Assembly (NCBI GenBank): GCA_963771465.1
Contig: CAVYTU010000017.1
Coordinates: 128,001-192,000, forward strand
Source of the DNA: an uncultured delta proteobacterium
GTDB lineage: Bacteria; Desulfobacterota; Binatia; UBA9968
Direction: 5' to 3'
DNA: 64,000 nucleotides
In this document: positions 49,135 through 58,813 of the stretch, piece after piece
How positions within the stretch are numbered: the first letter of the stretch is position 1
Layout of the letters: each line of letters opens with the position of its first letter
Translations under genes and position numbers: made by a program
The notes under the pieces: generated by a model
Database searches by the model: none
What the model saw: the letters and a program-made list of their open reading frames with translations, nothing else
What the model was told of the DNA's origin: nothing

Positions 49135-50160
49135 TCAATGACTCGCCGTCAACGCCAATTTGACAATTCGCTGCACCAAGCGCGGAAAGCTGACGCCGGC
49201 TTTGCTGGCCGACTGGGCAAACTCGTCGTCGCGGTCGAGATTGGGATTGGGATTGGCTTCGAGGACAACGATTTCTCCCGCCGGGGTAACGCGCAGGTCG
49301 ATGCGGCCGTAGCCGCGAATGCGCAGCGCGCGGTAAACCGCCTTGCAGATTTTTCCGATGCGTTGGTCGGCGCCGTTGGGAAACGGTTCGGCGAAGACGT
49401 TTTGAATGCCCCAGCGTTTGCGGTAGGCGTCATCCCATTTGGCTTTGAACGTGGAAAATTTTGGCTGATCGTCCGGCATTTGAGTGAAGATCACTTCACG
49501 AAAGGGAAACACGCGCAAACTTTCGTTGCCGAGCAAGCTGACGTAAATTTCACGCCCTTCGATAAATTCCTCCGCTAGCGCGGGCTGGTTCATGCGCTCA
49601 TGAATGAAACGAATCCGATCCTCGAACGCTTCGTCAGTTTCGACAAACGAGTCCAATGAGATGCCGTAGGACGCTTCGTCCTCGGCCGGTTTGATGAACA
49701 GCGGAAACTTGAGCCGGCTTGGCCGTTTGATCGTCGCGCCGGGCGAATAGACCGCGAAATTCGGCACGCGAATTTTGTGATAGGCGAGGAGTTCTTTTGC
49801 CATACCCTTGTTCTTGCACAGAGTCAGCCCCGTCGGGGTCGAACCCGTGTAAGGCACGCCCATCATTTCCAGAAGTCCGGCGACGTTGCGGTCGTAGGCG
49901 GAGACTTCGTTGAAATGTTCGGTGAGATTGAACACCACGTCGGGAGGGTTGGCTTTGATCTCGTCGATGATCAGCGACGCTTCGTTCCAGATGCCGAGGG
50001 TGCGCACTTCGTGGCCGAGTTGTTTGAGCGCGGCGATCACATGGGCTTCGGCGGCGAAATCATCGGTCTTTAGTTCTTTGCTGAAATCTTGATCCGCCGG
50101 CGGCGTGCCGGCGCTGCCGAATAGCACGAGGACTTTGTAACGTTTCTTAGTGCGAACCAT
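49135..50160 (-). CDS. ATP-grasp ligase, D-Ala-D-Ala-ligase-like
   Basis: VFNLTE, VPYTGS, IKPAEDEASYGI, EEFIEGRE, GRIDLR, LEANPNP. Confidence 0.88.
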   Translation of the reverse strand: MVRTKKRYKVLVLFGSAGTPPADQDFSKELKTDDFAAEAHVIAALKQLGHEVRTLGIWNEASLIIDEIKANPPDVVFNLTEHFNEVSAYDRNVAGLLEMMGVPYTGSTPTGLTLCKNKGMAKELLAYHKIRVPNFAVYSPGATIKRPSRLKFPLFIKPAEDEASYGISLDSFVETDEAFEDRIRFIHERMNQPALAEEFIEGREIYVSLLGNESLRVFPFREVIFTQMPDDQPKFSTFKAKWDDAYRKRWGIQNVFAEPFPNGADQRIGKICKAVYRALRIRGYGRIDLRVTPAGEIVVLEANPNPNLDRDDEFAQSASKAGVSFPRLVQRIVKLALTASH

Positions 50161-50163
50161 CGG

Positions 50164-51219
50164 CTAGCGATCCTTGAACTTGCCGGTCAGACGATAATGC
50201 GACGCCAGCGTCGCCAGATAAGCGGCGATCTCCACGGCGGCGGATTCTTCCCGGAGCCGCAGATCGAGCTCGGCGCAGCGCTCGGTGAGCGCGCGCAGCA
50301 ACCGGCTAATCGTGAACTTGGGCTCGCCTGTGGAGGCGGATACGGCATTGAGAATCAATTTGTTGGCGCGACGCAAAAATGCCGCCGCGCGCTCGCCGTG
50401 GGGTGAGCCGTTGGCTTCGGCGAAAAGCCGTTTAAGATCGGCGTCGAAAAAATCCGGGAACTCCTCGGCATAAGTGCGCCGCCGCCTTTTATAATGGGCT
50501 TCCAGGCGGGAGCGTAGGCGCGACGCATCGCTGATCTTGGCTTTGGAAAAGACCAGCGGCGGCTTGCCGGCAAGCCGCTGCATCAAGTCGTCGACATATT
50601 CGAGTTTTTCCAGCGCCTTCCAGCCTTTGTATTGATGGCGCCAGTCGATGTCCGGAGTGAGCCAGATGGCGATGGTTTCGGCGAAGTCTTCCTCCGGGTG
50701 GCTTTGGGCATAGTAGCCGTCGAGATGGCGCACGAAGCGCTTGCTGTAGGGACGGGCGCGAAAGCTTTCGGAATATTCCAACGACGGCGGGCCAAAAAGT
50801 TGTTGCCAACGTTTGTCCTTGCCGAACAGATAGGCGTGGTTGAGCACGTGGCCCATCTCATGGCGCAACAGACGCAGACACCACGGTTCGGTGTCGCCTT
50901 CAACTTCCATCATCATTTTCGCTTCGAGTTTTTTTAAACGCGGATGTGCCAGGTAGAAGGGGATGGCGATGGTCGTCGAACCTTCGGGGCAAAACCATTC
51001 GTCGCCGAGATAACAGATCGGTTTGAACGAAATACCTTTGGCCGAGAGCTCGGCGTAGAATTTGTCGATGCGGGATTCGAGTTCCGTGCCGGCGATCTTG
51101 AGCTTGAGATCGCAAATACGCGTTCCGAGTAACTCTTCGTCGGTCAGCGTCGCTAAGTCGAAGTTGGCGTTAGCCGCCTGTACGGAAGCGGTCTTGCCCT
51201 TGTCCGATGAGCTTTCCAC
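50164..51219 (-). CDS. Putative zinc-binding metallopeptidase
   Basis: LRHEMGH (HExxH), YAQSHPEEDFAET. Confidence 0.85.
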   Translation of the reverse strand: MESSSDKGKTASVQAANANFDLATLTDEELLGTRICDLKLKIAGTELESRIDKFYAELSAKGISFKPICYLGDEWFCPEGSTTIAIPFYLAHPRLKKLEAKMMMEVEGDTEPWCLRLLRHEMGHVLNHAYLFGKDKRWQQLFGPPSLEYSESFRARPYSKRFVRHLDGYYAQSHPEEDFAETIAIWLTPDIDWRHQYKGWKALEKLEYVDDLMQRLAGKPPLVFSKAKISDASRLRSRLEAHYKRRRRTYAEEFPDFFDADLKRLFAEANGSPHGERAAAFLRRANKLILNAVSASTGEPKFTISRLLRALTERCAELDLRLREESAAVEIAAYLATLASHYRLTGKFKDR

Positions 51220-51398
51220 GCAGCCATTTTAGCAGACGAAGCGAAAAGCGGCCAGGGGGATTTGAGCGCGGAGATTGAAGTGAGTAGGCCGGACTCAGGA
51301 GGCGCCGAAAGTCACCCCTACGCTAACTTTTCCCCATCGGGGGAAGAGGACTCGGTCACAAATCCCGTCGATAGAATTGGTGGTCCGTGACTTGTTTA

Positions 51399-52370
51399 TC
51401 ACATCGACAACATGACTTTGCCGAAGTGCTCGCGCCCTTCGAGATAGCGCTGGGCGGCGCGGGTTTCAGCTAACGGAAATATCTTGCCGATGCCGGCGTC
51501 GAGTTTCTTTTCTTGAACCAGCTGCAGGATATTGTCGAGCTGCTTGAATTCTTCCGGCTTCGCCTTGAGATAATTGGTGATCGAAAAGCGCGTGGCTTTA
51601 CGCCCATCCGTCAGAGTCGGCGGCGGATCGGGAATCGGACCGAAGGCGCCGCCGATGGAGAACAAGCGGCCGCCGGGTGCCAGCACCTGCAAACTCTTCT
51701 GATAAACCTCGCCGCCGATCATTTCCAGCACGACATCGACGCCGCGATCTTTTGTCACGCGCATGACTTCCACTGCGAAATCGTTTGCCGAAACATCGAT
51801 GGTCACGTCGGCGCCGAGGGCGCGGAGTCTGCGGCACTTTACTTCGCTGCCGGAAGTGGCGATGACTTTGGCGCCGAGATGTTTGGCGATTTGAATCGCC
51901 GCGACGCCGACACCGCTGCTGCCGCCATGAACCAGCAACCATTCACCTGATTTCAAATCGCCGTCGGTGCGCAGACCGAACCATGCGGTGAGCGAAGCCG
52001 TTGGCAGCGCTGCGGCCTGCGTTGTCGTGACGCCCTCAGGCACGGGTCTGACTTCGGATGTTTTTGCCACGGCGTATTCCGCGTAACCGCCGAGACTCGG
52101 ATAGCCAACCGCGCGCTGGCCGACCGTGAATTCATTTACGCCGGCGCCAAGTTTTGCGATGGTTCCCGCGAATTCACGCCCAGGTATCACCGGCAGCGCG
52201 TCGGCGGCGATTCGGTACGTCCCTTTGCGCAGACCAAGGTCCGCACGATTGAGCGAAGCCGCTTCAACTTTGACGAGAATTTCGCCAGGCTTCGGCTCCG
52301 GCACCGGGACATCTTCGTATTTGAGAACGTCGTCCGACTGGCCGAATTCGTGGATGCGGATGGCTTTCAT
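51399..52370 (-). CDS. NADPH:quinone oxidoreductase / MDR family
   Basis: NRAD, PGREFAG, GGYAEY, HGGSSGVG, HFGKV. Confidence 0.9.
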   Translation of the reverse strand: MKAIRIHEFGQSDDVLKYEDVPVPEPKPGEILVKVEAASLNRADLGLRKGTYRIAADALPVIPGREFAGTIAKLGAGVNEFTVGQRAVGYPSLGGYAEYAVAKTSEVRPVPEGVTTTQAAALPTASLTAWFGLRTDGDLKSGEWLLVHGGSSGVGVAAIQIAKHLGAKVIATSGSEVKCRRLRALGADVTIDVSANDFAVEVMRVTKDRGVDVVLEMIGGEVYQKSLQVLAPGGRLFSIGGAFGPIPDPPPTLTDGRKATRFSITNYLKAKPEEFKQLDNILQLVQEKKLDAGIGKIFPLAETRAAQRYLEGREHFGKVMLSM

Positions 52371-52414
52371 GGGGTGACCTCCGACTTCGCGATCGATGCG
52401 GCAAACTTAGCGCC

Positions 52415-53004
52415 TCAAAAATCTTCGCCCATGCTGTCTAGTTCTTCAAGGCCCATCACGTTGTCGTATAGAACGCTCCGAGGGTTAGAGTTCTGTTCTT
52501 TATCGAAGTACAGGATGCCGATATTCTTGGTAATCATTTTTCGTAATCTGCTGGCCAGCAGTTTCAGATCGGCTGGCTCACGGAAATTCACCGGGTTCAT
52601 GCGCGCAGTTGCAATGACAGCGAATCGATTTTCCGCCCGGTAACCAAAGGCAAACTGCCAATTCATTTTATCGATGTACATGTCGCCATCGGTCAGCCCG
52701 ATGATGACGGCATTCTTATTGGTCGACTCCTTGGGATAGCTTCGCTTGATTTGGGACACCAATTCCTGGCGATCAACTGTCTTCGCGCTGAGCTAAAAGT
52801 TGTCTGGTCAAAAGGCAGCAGGGGTAGAACTTCAACGTTGATAGCAAACTTCTGTTGGTAATGACGCTTCAGTTCTTCCATCGAAATGCCGTCGAATGTG
52901 CCGATAGGAACAAGGTAAAGCGCTTTCGAACGATTGCAAGATGGCAAAATTAAACATGTTGCCGCGATAAAGACTGCCAAAAGCTTAATGGAGTGTTTGC
53001 TCAC
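52415..53004 (-). pseudogene. Archaemetzincin-fold-like lipoprotein lacking HExxH, frameshifted
   Basis: LYLVPIG, RRQL, IGLTDGDMY...FAFG...AVIATARM; KMITKNIG where KEAxHExGH is expected; shift near 52765. Confidence 0.55.
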
Positions 53005-53043
53005 GGATTCCTCGGTGAAAGCTATCGAAGCTTGGAGCACCTG

Positions 53044-53691
53044 TTAGAAATTGTCCTCGTAGTCCGCCATCGATGCGCGCACTACGTTCAACGCATGATT
53101 CCTGCCGTACGCCTTGGCGATGCGGATTTTGGCGCGTTCTCCTGGGACGAGCTTATAGGTCAGGAAATAGTGCTGGAGACGCTCGATGAAGACGGAGGGA
53201 ACGTTGTCGATGTTACGGGCTTGGCCCCACACATAGTCGTTTTCCAGTACCGCGATGATTTTATCATCGGCTTCGCCGTGATCGATCATTTGTAAGCCGC
53301 CGATGACCCGGCAGCGCACAATGATTTCGTTGCGCGCGATAGTCCGTTCGCTGAGCACGCAGACGTCGAGCGGATCGCCGTCGCCGCGTTTCGCTCCAGG
53401 CGCCAGTCTGCGCACGCGCTCGCTGCAGTAGGTCCGAGGAATGAAACCGTAGAGTGTCGGAGGCTGTGCCGATGAGCGCTGCGGTCGGTCGACGCGCAGG
53501 TAGCCGGAGACCTTATCCACTTCGTACTTCATCAAGTCAAACGGCGTGATCTCGATGTAGGCGTTGAGAAGTTCGGGCGGTTTAGAACCGACGGGAAGGC
53601 CGTGCCACGGATGCGGCCGGAATTGATTGACTGGCGCAGACTCACTGATTGTAGATTTCGCGATCAAAGTCCGAGCTTTGCGTGTTGTCAT
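53044..53691 (-). CDS. ppa: Inorganic pyrophosphatase (family I)
   Basis: HPWH, KYEVDK, YGFIPRT, DGDPLDV, DDKII. Confidence 0.92.
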   Translation of the reverse strand: MTTRKARTLIAKSTISESAPVNQFRPHPWHGLPVGSKPPELLNAYIEITPFDLMKYEVDKVSGYLRVDRPQRSSAQPPTLYGFIPRTYCSERVRRLAPGAKRGDGDPLDVCVLSERTIARNEIIVRCRVIGGLQMIDHGEADDKIIAVLENDYVWGQARNIDNVPSVFIERLQHYFLTYKLVPGERAKIRIAKAYGRNHALNVVRASMADYEDNF

Positions 53692-53835
53692 TTTCTAACA
53701 AGCGCCCTATAGCTTTTACCCGCGAGCGATATGAATTGTAGGGTATTAATCACTCATTTCCTTTCAGATTAGGTCGAAAGAAAATTAGACGGAACGAAGT
53801 CGGGCTGTCAATGTACGAGTCGCTTTGCGAGCCGA

Positions 53836-54765
53836 TTATTTATTGCTCCGTGGGCGATACAGTTCCACCAGTTTCCGCCTGACTGATTCCTCGCCGCCCG
53901 GCAGGGGATCGAATTTGGTCGTGTTACCGGTTTGTCGGAGGATTTTCTGCCCTTCGTCGTCTTGATGCATGCTGAGAAGGATTTCTTTGAGACGCTTTAT
54001 GACTGGCTCTGGTAGATCCTTGCGCACCGAAACGAGATGGCGGGGCATCGATTCGCTTTCGCCGAGGATCGCGATCGCCGCTTTGCTTTTATCGTCCAAT
54101 TTCTCATGATCGTCGCTACTGAAGGCTCCCGCCGCCACCTTCTTTTGTAGCACGAGACTGGCGACATTCTTTTCAGTCCCGGTGAAAGTATAGCCGATCT
54201 CGCCGGCGGCGACTTTGGCTGCAAGACTCGGTTTTTCCACCAGCGAAAAGCCTTTCTTGAGCAGAAAGAGCTTGGGCAGAAAATAACCGGAGGTCGACCC
54301 TGGGTCTTCGAAGGCGATGATTTTTCCGCGCAGGTCCTCGAGCCGAGCGATACCGCTCTCTTTGCCGGTGAAGATGAGACTGCGATAGTCTGCCATCCCA
54401 CCTTTCCAACGTCTGAGCAGTAGCGTGGCGGTGCCCAAACGGTTTATCACATAGGTGGGATAAGGACTTTCCATGTAGAAATCGACACGCTTCTCTTCAA
54501 GCAACTTCATCATTTGCGCCGCAGTAGGAGCGACGATCACCGCTCCCTTAGTTTCCCCCGACGGGGACAGCCGGCGCGCCACATAGGCCGCCAAAGGGCG
54601 AAAGTGCTCCTCCACCGGCTCGCGAGGTTCTTGGAAAACGCCCCCTAGTGTGAGCGTCTTAATGCTCGTAACTTGATTCGTTTGCGCTTCGGCTTTTGGA
54701 CCAGCCGTGAGCAGGAGCGTCGCAACCAAGCATGCTATGGCGAGGTGATAAGGTTTTTTTTCCAT
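53836..54765 (-). CDS. Phosphate/phosphite/phosphonate ABC substrate-binding protein (PhnD-like)
   Basis: YRSLIF, DLRGKIIAFEDPGSTSGY. Confidence 0.8.
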   Translation of the reverse strand: MEKKPYHLAIACLVATLLLTAGPKAEAQTNQVTSIKTLTLGGVFQEPREPVEEHFRPLAAYVARRLSPSGETKGAVIVAPTAAQMMKLLEEKRVDFYMESPYPTYVINRLGTATLLLRRWKGGMADYRSLIFTGKESGIARLEDLRGKIIAFEDPGSTSGYFLPKLFLLKKGFSLVEKPSLAAKVAAGEIGYTFTGTEKNVASLVLQKKVAAGAFSSDDHEKLDDKSKAAIAILGESESMPRHLVSVRKDLPEPVIKRLKEILLSMHQDDEGQKILRQTGNTTKFDPLPGGEESVRRKLVELYRPRSNK

Positions 54766-54872
54766 GGCGGCACTCTCACCTTTGTCCAAGCGAAGAAAAG
54801 CGCAAGCAGAGAAGAATCCAAAATCTCCCCTGGCACGGTTATTCACGGCGGGACTAGTTCGTGTCTGCGCCA

Positions 54873-55448
54873 CTATCCACGGCCGAGCACCGCCTTTGCC
54901 GTATGCGTCGCGATGGCATCCATCAGCGGCGGCGACAGGCAGTCATAGGGTTCCAGTTTCAATTCTTTCAGTCTCGCTCTGACCGCGCTCATGTTGGCGG
55001 GATCGGCGCCAGACTCGATGATTGACGAGACGAACGCCGCAAATTCCGGGGGCGCCCAACCTTGTTCGGCGGACAGTTCGGTGTGGATGAAGTCAAAGCC
55101 GTACAATGGATGCTTGGTATTATCTATGCGACCGTACATGTGCACACCGCAACCGCTGCAAGCGTAGCGTTTGATGACCGCATTGGCATCGACGACTTTT
55201 AACTTGTCCGCGTTAACGGTCACGGTCAGATTCTCACGGCTACAGACTGCCACCTGGGAGAACAACGCGCCGGCAGGCTTCCAGCACTTGGTGCAGCCGC
55301 AAACATGATTGTGCGCGCATTGGCCTTTGATCGAAACAGCGACTTTCTTATCGGCGCAGTGACAGAGCAACGTGCCGCCGGCAAAGTTCGCTGCCGCGGT
55401 CTTTATGCCCTGATCTACTGCGGGATGGATGGAAATCGAGTTGGCCAT
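54873..55448 (-). CDS. gfa: S-(hydroxymethyl)glutathione synthase (glutathione-dependent formaldehyde-activating enzyme)
   Basis: [39 protein letters not shown]. Confidence 0.95.
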   Translation of the reverse strand: MANSISIHPAVDQGIKTAAANFAGGTLLCHCADKKVAVSIKGQCAHNHVCGCTKCWKPAGALFSQVAVCSRENLTVTVNADKLKVVDANAVIKRYACSGCGVHMYGRIDNTKHPLYGFDFIHTELSAEQGWAPPEFAAFVSSIIESGADPANMSAVRARLKELKLEPYDCLSPPLMDAIATHTAKAVLGRG

Positions 55449-55466
55449 TGTGAGTTCCTCCCTTAT

Positions 55467-55697
55467 TCAATGGTTAATGATAAGGAGCACGTTGGTGTCT
55501 CTACGAGATCCAGCCTCTGGGTCAATCCAGTAAGCAAATCCATCTGGAACCAGCGGCCCAATGATGGGGACGACTAATGCAGCGGGCGCAATGAAAATCC
55601 CAACCGCTTGGACGGATCGCGCAAGCGCGAATGCTACGATGACTGCGACAATAGTTGCAGCGAAGCCAACAACAGATGAAGTGGCAAATCGCTTCAT
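55467..55697 (-). CDS. Small hydrophobic cassette-like ORF, probably truncated
   Basis: ATG 14 nt after the attC R' site; two TM-like segments. Confidence 0.45.
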   Translation of the reverse strand: MKRFATSSVVGFAATIVAVIVAFALARSVQAVGIFIAPAALVVPIIGPLVPDGFAYWIDPEAGSRRDTNVLLIINH

Positions 55698-55711
55698 TGA
55701 ATTCTCTGCCG

Positions 55712-55808
55712 GCCTAACCGGTCCAGATGAGCGGGCAACGAAGAGCGAAGCGACGCGAGAACCCAGCAGCGCAGACGGTGGGTGTTCCGCTCGTCCTGGG
55801 CGTTAGCC
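55712..55808 (-). mobile_element. attC-like integron recombination site
   Basis: Minus strand: GGCTAAC-GCCCAGGACGAGCGG...CCGCTCATCTGGACCG-GTTAGGC; 97 bp imperfect inverted repeat with an extra base in the left arm; between two co-oriented ORFs. Confidence 0.7.
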
Positions 55809-55811
55809 CGC

Positions 55812-56393
55812 CTAACCGCAGGCATCCATTTTGTCGAACTTTTCAGTCTCACGGCTCCACCCGGTTTTTCCGTTCCGGTTCTGGATTTTGACCCACCAGT
55901 TATTCTGTGGAACAGAGATTACCTGCACATTGAGATCAGGTGGAGGCGGGTCGGTATCGGGATCGCGTGCGGAAATTTGGTCCGAATACAAATTACCTTT
56001 GTACCAGAACAGATCAACGCCTTCGCCAAGATAGTGCAATGTGTAGAGCAGTTCCCCAGGTTGCAGTGATAGCACAGGCTTGTCACCTTTCAGCGGATAG
56101 CCGAGTGTAATTGGCTTTAGCACCTTTGACACTCCGTAGTGGTGGGTAATGACCACACCTGTGACACCACGTACTGATTCACCTTGCTTTACCTCGAAAA
56201 CAACTTTTCCCTTCACGCTTCGCGTCTCGTACACCTTCAGAGGCGCGTTCGCTATCCAATCACGGTACGTGCAGCACTCAAACGGGCAGGCATCCCAGTC
56301 AAGATACGGCAAAGGTGGCCGCTCCCGCGCGTTCTCTGCGGCCGATACATCGCCGAGAGCGACTACGATTGCGAGAAGAACAAGAAGTTTCAC
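55812..56393 (-). CDS. Secreted hypothetical protein (gene-cassette-like)
   Basis: Signal peptide; ACPFECC; WWVKI...GKTGW; GTTAGCT 4 nt before the start; attC after the stop. Confidence 0.7.
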   Translation of the reverse strand: MKLLVLLAIVVALGDVSAAENARERPPLPYLDWDACPFECCTYRDWIANAPLKVYETRSVKGKVVFEVKQGESVRGVTGVVITHHYGVSKVLKPITLGYPLKGDKPVLSLQPGELLYTLHYLGEGVDLFWYKGNLYSDQISARDPDTDPPPPDLNVQVISVPQNNWWVKIQNRNGKTGWSRETEKFDKMDACG

Positions 56394-56609
56394 GGTCAGC
56401 TAACTACCGACTAACTTGGTCTACCTACTTACCAATGTTGGATTTCGATGACATTGCCCGGGTTGTATTGTTAATCGGACGCCTTGTCAACTTTTTCGTT
56501 TTGTAGCGGCACTAATCGTGTACTCATGTTGACGTGAACGAGAAGCCGGTAGTAGAAGAGCGGTGGAGCATTTGCATTTCGCCGATCGAACAGATTTGGA
56601 GAAAAAGGT

Positions 56610-57656
56610 ATGAGGCGATCTTATCCAGTCATCGATTCCGACGGACACATTCTTGAAAAGGATCATGAGCTGCGGGAATTTCTGCCGCCGGAGTTTCGCG
56701 CGGTGCCGGGGAAGCGGGAGTATCCACTGTTTGCCTGGGATGGCTGGGCGCGCGGCGCATTGTCGCCGCATCAGCGTGAGCATCCAAGCGTTGAGCTGTG
56801 GACGCGCTTTCTCGATGCAACGGAGATCGCACTTACGGTGCTCTATCCCAACGAAGGTTTGAATATTGGTTTGCAGCGCGACCATGATTGGGCGGTCGGC
56901 TTGGCGCGGGCTTACAACCACTGGCTGCATCATGAGTTTTTGAGTGTGAGTCCGCGCTTTCAAGGCGTCGCGTTACTGGCGACGCAGGAGCCGCTGGAAG
57001 CGGCCAAAGAGTTGGAACGCGCTGTGCGCGAGCTTGGCATGGTTGCCGGCATGCTGCCTGGTGTGATGAGTCCGATGCGTGGTTTGGGCCTGTCTGAGTT
57101 CGATCCCATTTACCATATGGCTGAGAAACTCGACGTGCCGTTGGCGGTGCACAGCGGCCCGGCGGTGGAGTTGGGACTGGATCATGTGCAATCGTTCGCC
57201 GGTGTTTATCCTCTGAGCCATCCATTCGCGCAGATGCAGCAGTTGACCAGCATGATGATCTACGGCGTGTTCGAGCGCTTTCCCAAGCTGCGGGTTGCCT
57301 ACCTCGAATCGGGCTGCGGTTGGGTGCCGTATTTAGCGGACCGCTTGGACGAAAGTTGGGAGCACCGGCGCAGCCGTTGGCCGCATCAGACCGAACAATC
57401 GCCGAGCGAGATCATGTCCGGCGGCAATCTCTTCTACGCTTGCGAGCGTGAAGAGAAAACGTTGGCGACGGTGGCGGAGCTGATCGGCGCCGGACAGTTG
57501 CTTTGGGCTTCCGACTTCCCCCACGAGCGGCCCTGGGATGAGTTTAGCGGCGATATCGATACGCTAATCAATCGCAAAGATTTGCCCGAGTCGCTACCAC
57601 GGCAGATTTTGTTCGACAATCCTCGGCGGTTTTATAAGTTGAAAGTTGACGAATGA
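56610..57656 (+). CDS. Amidohydrolase family 2 protein
   Basis: IDSDGH, AYNHWL, GVFERFPKL, ESGCGW, WASDFPH. Confidence 0.9.
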   Translation: MRRSYPVIDSDGHILEKDHELREFLPPEFRAVPGKREYPLFAWDGWARGALSPHQREHPSVELWTRFLDATEIALTVLYPNEGLNIGLQRDHDWAVGLARAYNHWLHHEFLSVSPRFQGVALLATQEPLEAAKELERAVRELGMVAGMLPGVMSPMRGLGLSEFDPIYHMAEKLDVPLAVHSGPAVELGLDHVQSFAGVYPLSHPFAQMQQLTSMMIYGVFERFPKLRVAYLESGCGWVPYLADRLDESWEHRRSRWPHQTEQSPSEIMSGGNLFYACEREEKTLATVAELIGAGQLLWASDFPHERPWDEFSGDIDTLINRKDLPESLPRQILFDNPRRFYKLKVDE

Positions 57657-57677
57657 CGGGTCATTCGAGGGCTCAGG

Positions 57678-57732
57678 TTTCAACGTTCAACGAAAGAATC
57701 CGAATCCGACCTTGAACTTTTGAACGTTGAAC
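57678..57732. repeat. Second inverted (G/T)TTCAA / TTGAAC array
   Basis: TTTCAA 57678, GTTCAA 57685; TTGAAC 57712, 57720, 57727. Confidence 0.7.
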
Positions 57733-57757
57733 GGGCTTCGAGACTTTGGAGGCGGCG

Positions 57758-58702
57758 ATGCGAGTTCTGATTACTGGTGCCGGATTGATTGGCACTCACA
57801 CGGCGAAGGAGTTGCTCGACCGTGGCGATGACGTGACGTTTTTCGATTTCGCGCCGCGGCCGGATTACATTCGCCATGTAACGGGGAAAGATTTGCCGGT
57901 GATTCGCGGCGACATTCGCGATCTGGCAGCGCTGATCGATGCGTTTCAGACGGTGCGGCCAGATTGCGTAATTCATTTGGCCGCCTCGGTGGGCGAGGCG
58001 AACATCAACAATGTTTACGCCGGCTTTCAAGTCAATCTGGTTGCGGCGATCAACGTTGCCGAAGCTGTGCGCCTCGCCGGTGTGGGCAAGCTGATTCATG
58101 CCAGCACTCAGGCGGTCTACAGCGGCGAAGATCCCAAAGAGCTGCTGCGTGAAGATTCACCGATGGATTGCCGCGACCGCGTCTATAACGCGTCGAAGAT
58201 CGGCTGCGAGCATGTGCTGAGAACATACGCGGCGAAACACAAGATCGAGTTGGCGTTGCTGCGCTTTGCCGGCGTGTACGGCTATCATTCCGTCGCCGGC
58301 GGACCGGGCGTCGCAGTCCAGCAGGCAGTGTGGGACGCAATGGCAAACAGAGCGGTGGAGCTCAAAGTTTACGAGACCGTCGATTTCATCTATGTAAAGG
58401 ATTTAGCCAATGGCATCGCGCTCGCCGTACACACCTCGCCGTTGCCGCATAACGTCTACAATTTGGGCAGCGGCACGCTGACGACGGTCGAGCACGTCGA
58501 AGCTGCGCTGCAGGCGATTTTTTCCGGCATCAGCATGAAACGCGGCAAGCTCACGCCGGCGCGCCCGCGCATGGACATCACACGGGCGCGAACAGAGTTA
58601 GGTTTCAATCCCGAGTACAAGTTGGAAGCGGGACTGCGCGACTATCTTGCCGAGTTGAAAAGAGGGGATTGGCCACCAAGGGCGCAAGGGTCACCGAGCT
58701 AG
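57758..58702 (+). CDS. NAD-dependent epimerase/dehydratase (extended SDR)
   Basis: [24 protein letters not shown]. Confidence 0.9.
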   Translation: MRVLITGAGLIGTHTAKELLDRGDDVTFFDFAPRPDYIRHVTGKDLPVIRGDIRDLAALIDAFQTVRPDCVIHLAASVGEANINNVYAGFQVNLVAAINVAEAVRLAGVGKLIHASTQAVYSGEDPKELLREDSPMDCRDRVYNASKIGCEHVLRTYAAKHKIELALLRFAGVYGYHSVAGGPGVAVQQAVWDAMANRAVELKVYETVDFIYVKDLANGIALAVHTSPLPHNVYNLGSGTLTTVEHVEAALQAIFSGISMKRGKLTPARPRMDITRARTELGFNPEYKLEAGLRDYLAELKRGDWPPRAQGSPS

Positions 58703-58813
58703 CACAGATTCGGACTCGAAGAATTAGCCGCATTAAGCGCAGTGGTTGCCCTCCGGATTGCAGTTGGGGTAATAGGAAGGTCCAAAGGGAATCAAAAGAA
58801 GGAGACGGAACAG

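Noticed and set aside
49135-50160. Calling ddl
   Set aside because: Lacks the Ddl N-terminal motif and cell-wall context
51314-51350. Degenerate CCCC...GGGGAAGAGG palindrome and similar weak repeats near 58672 and 59795
   Set aside because: Too degenerate to define from single copies
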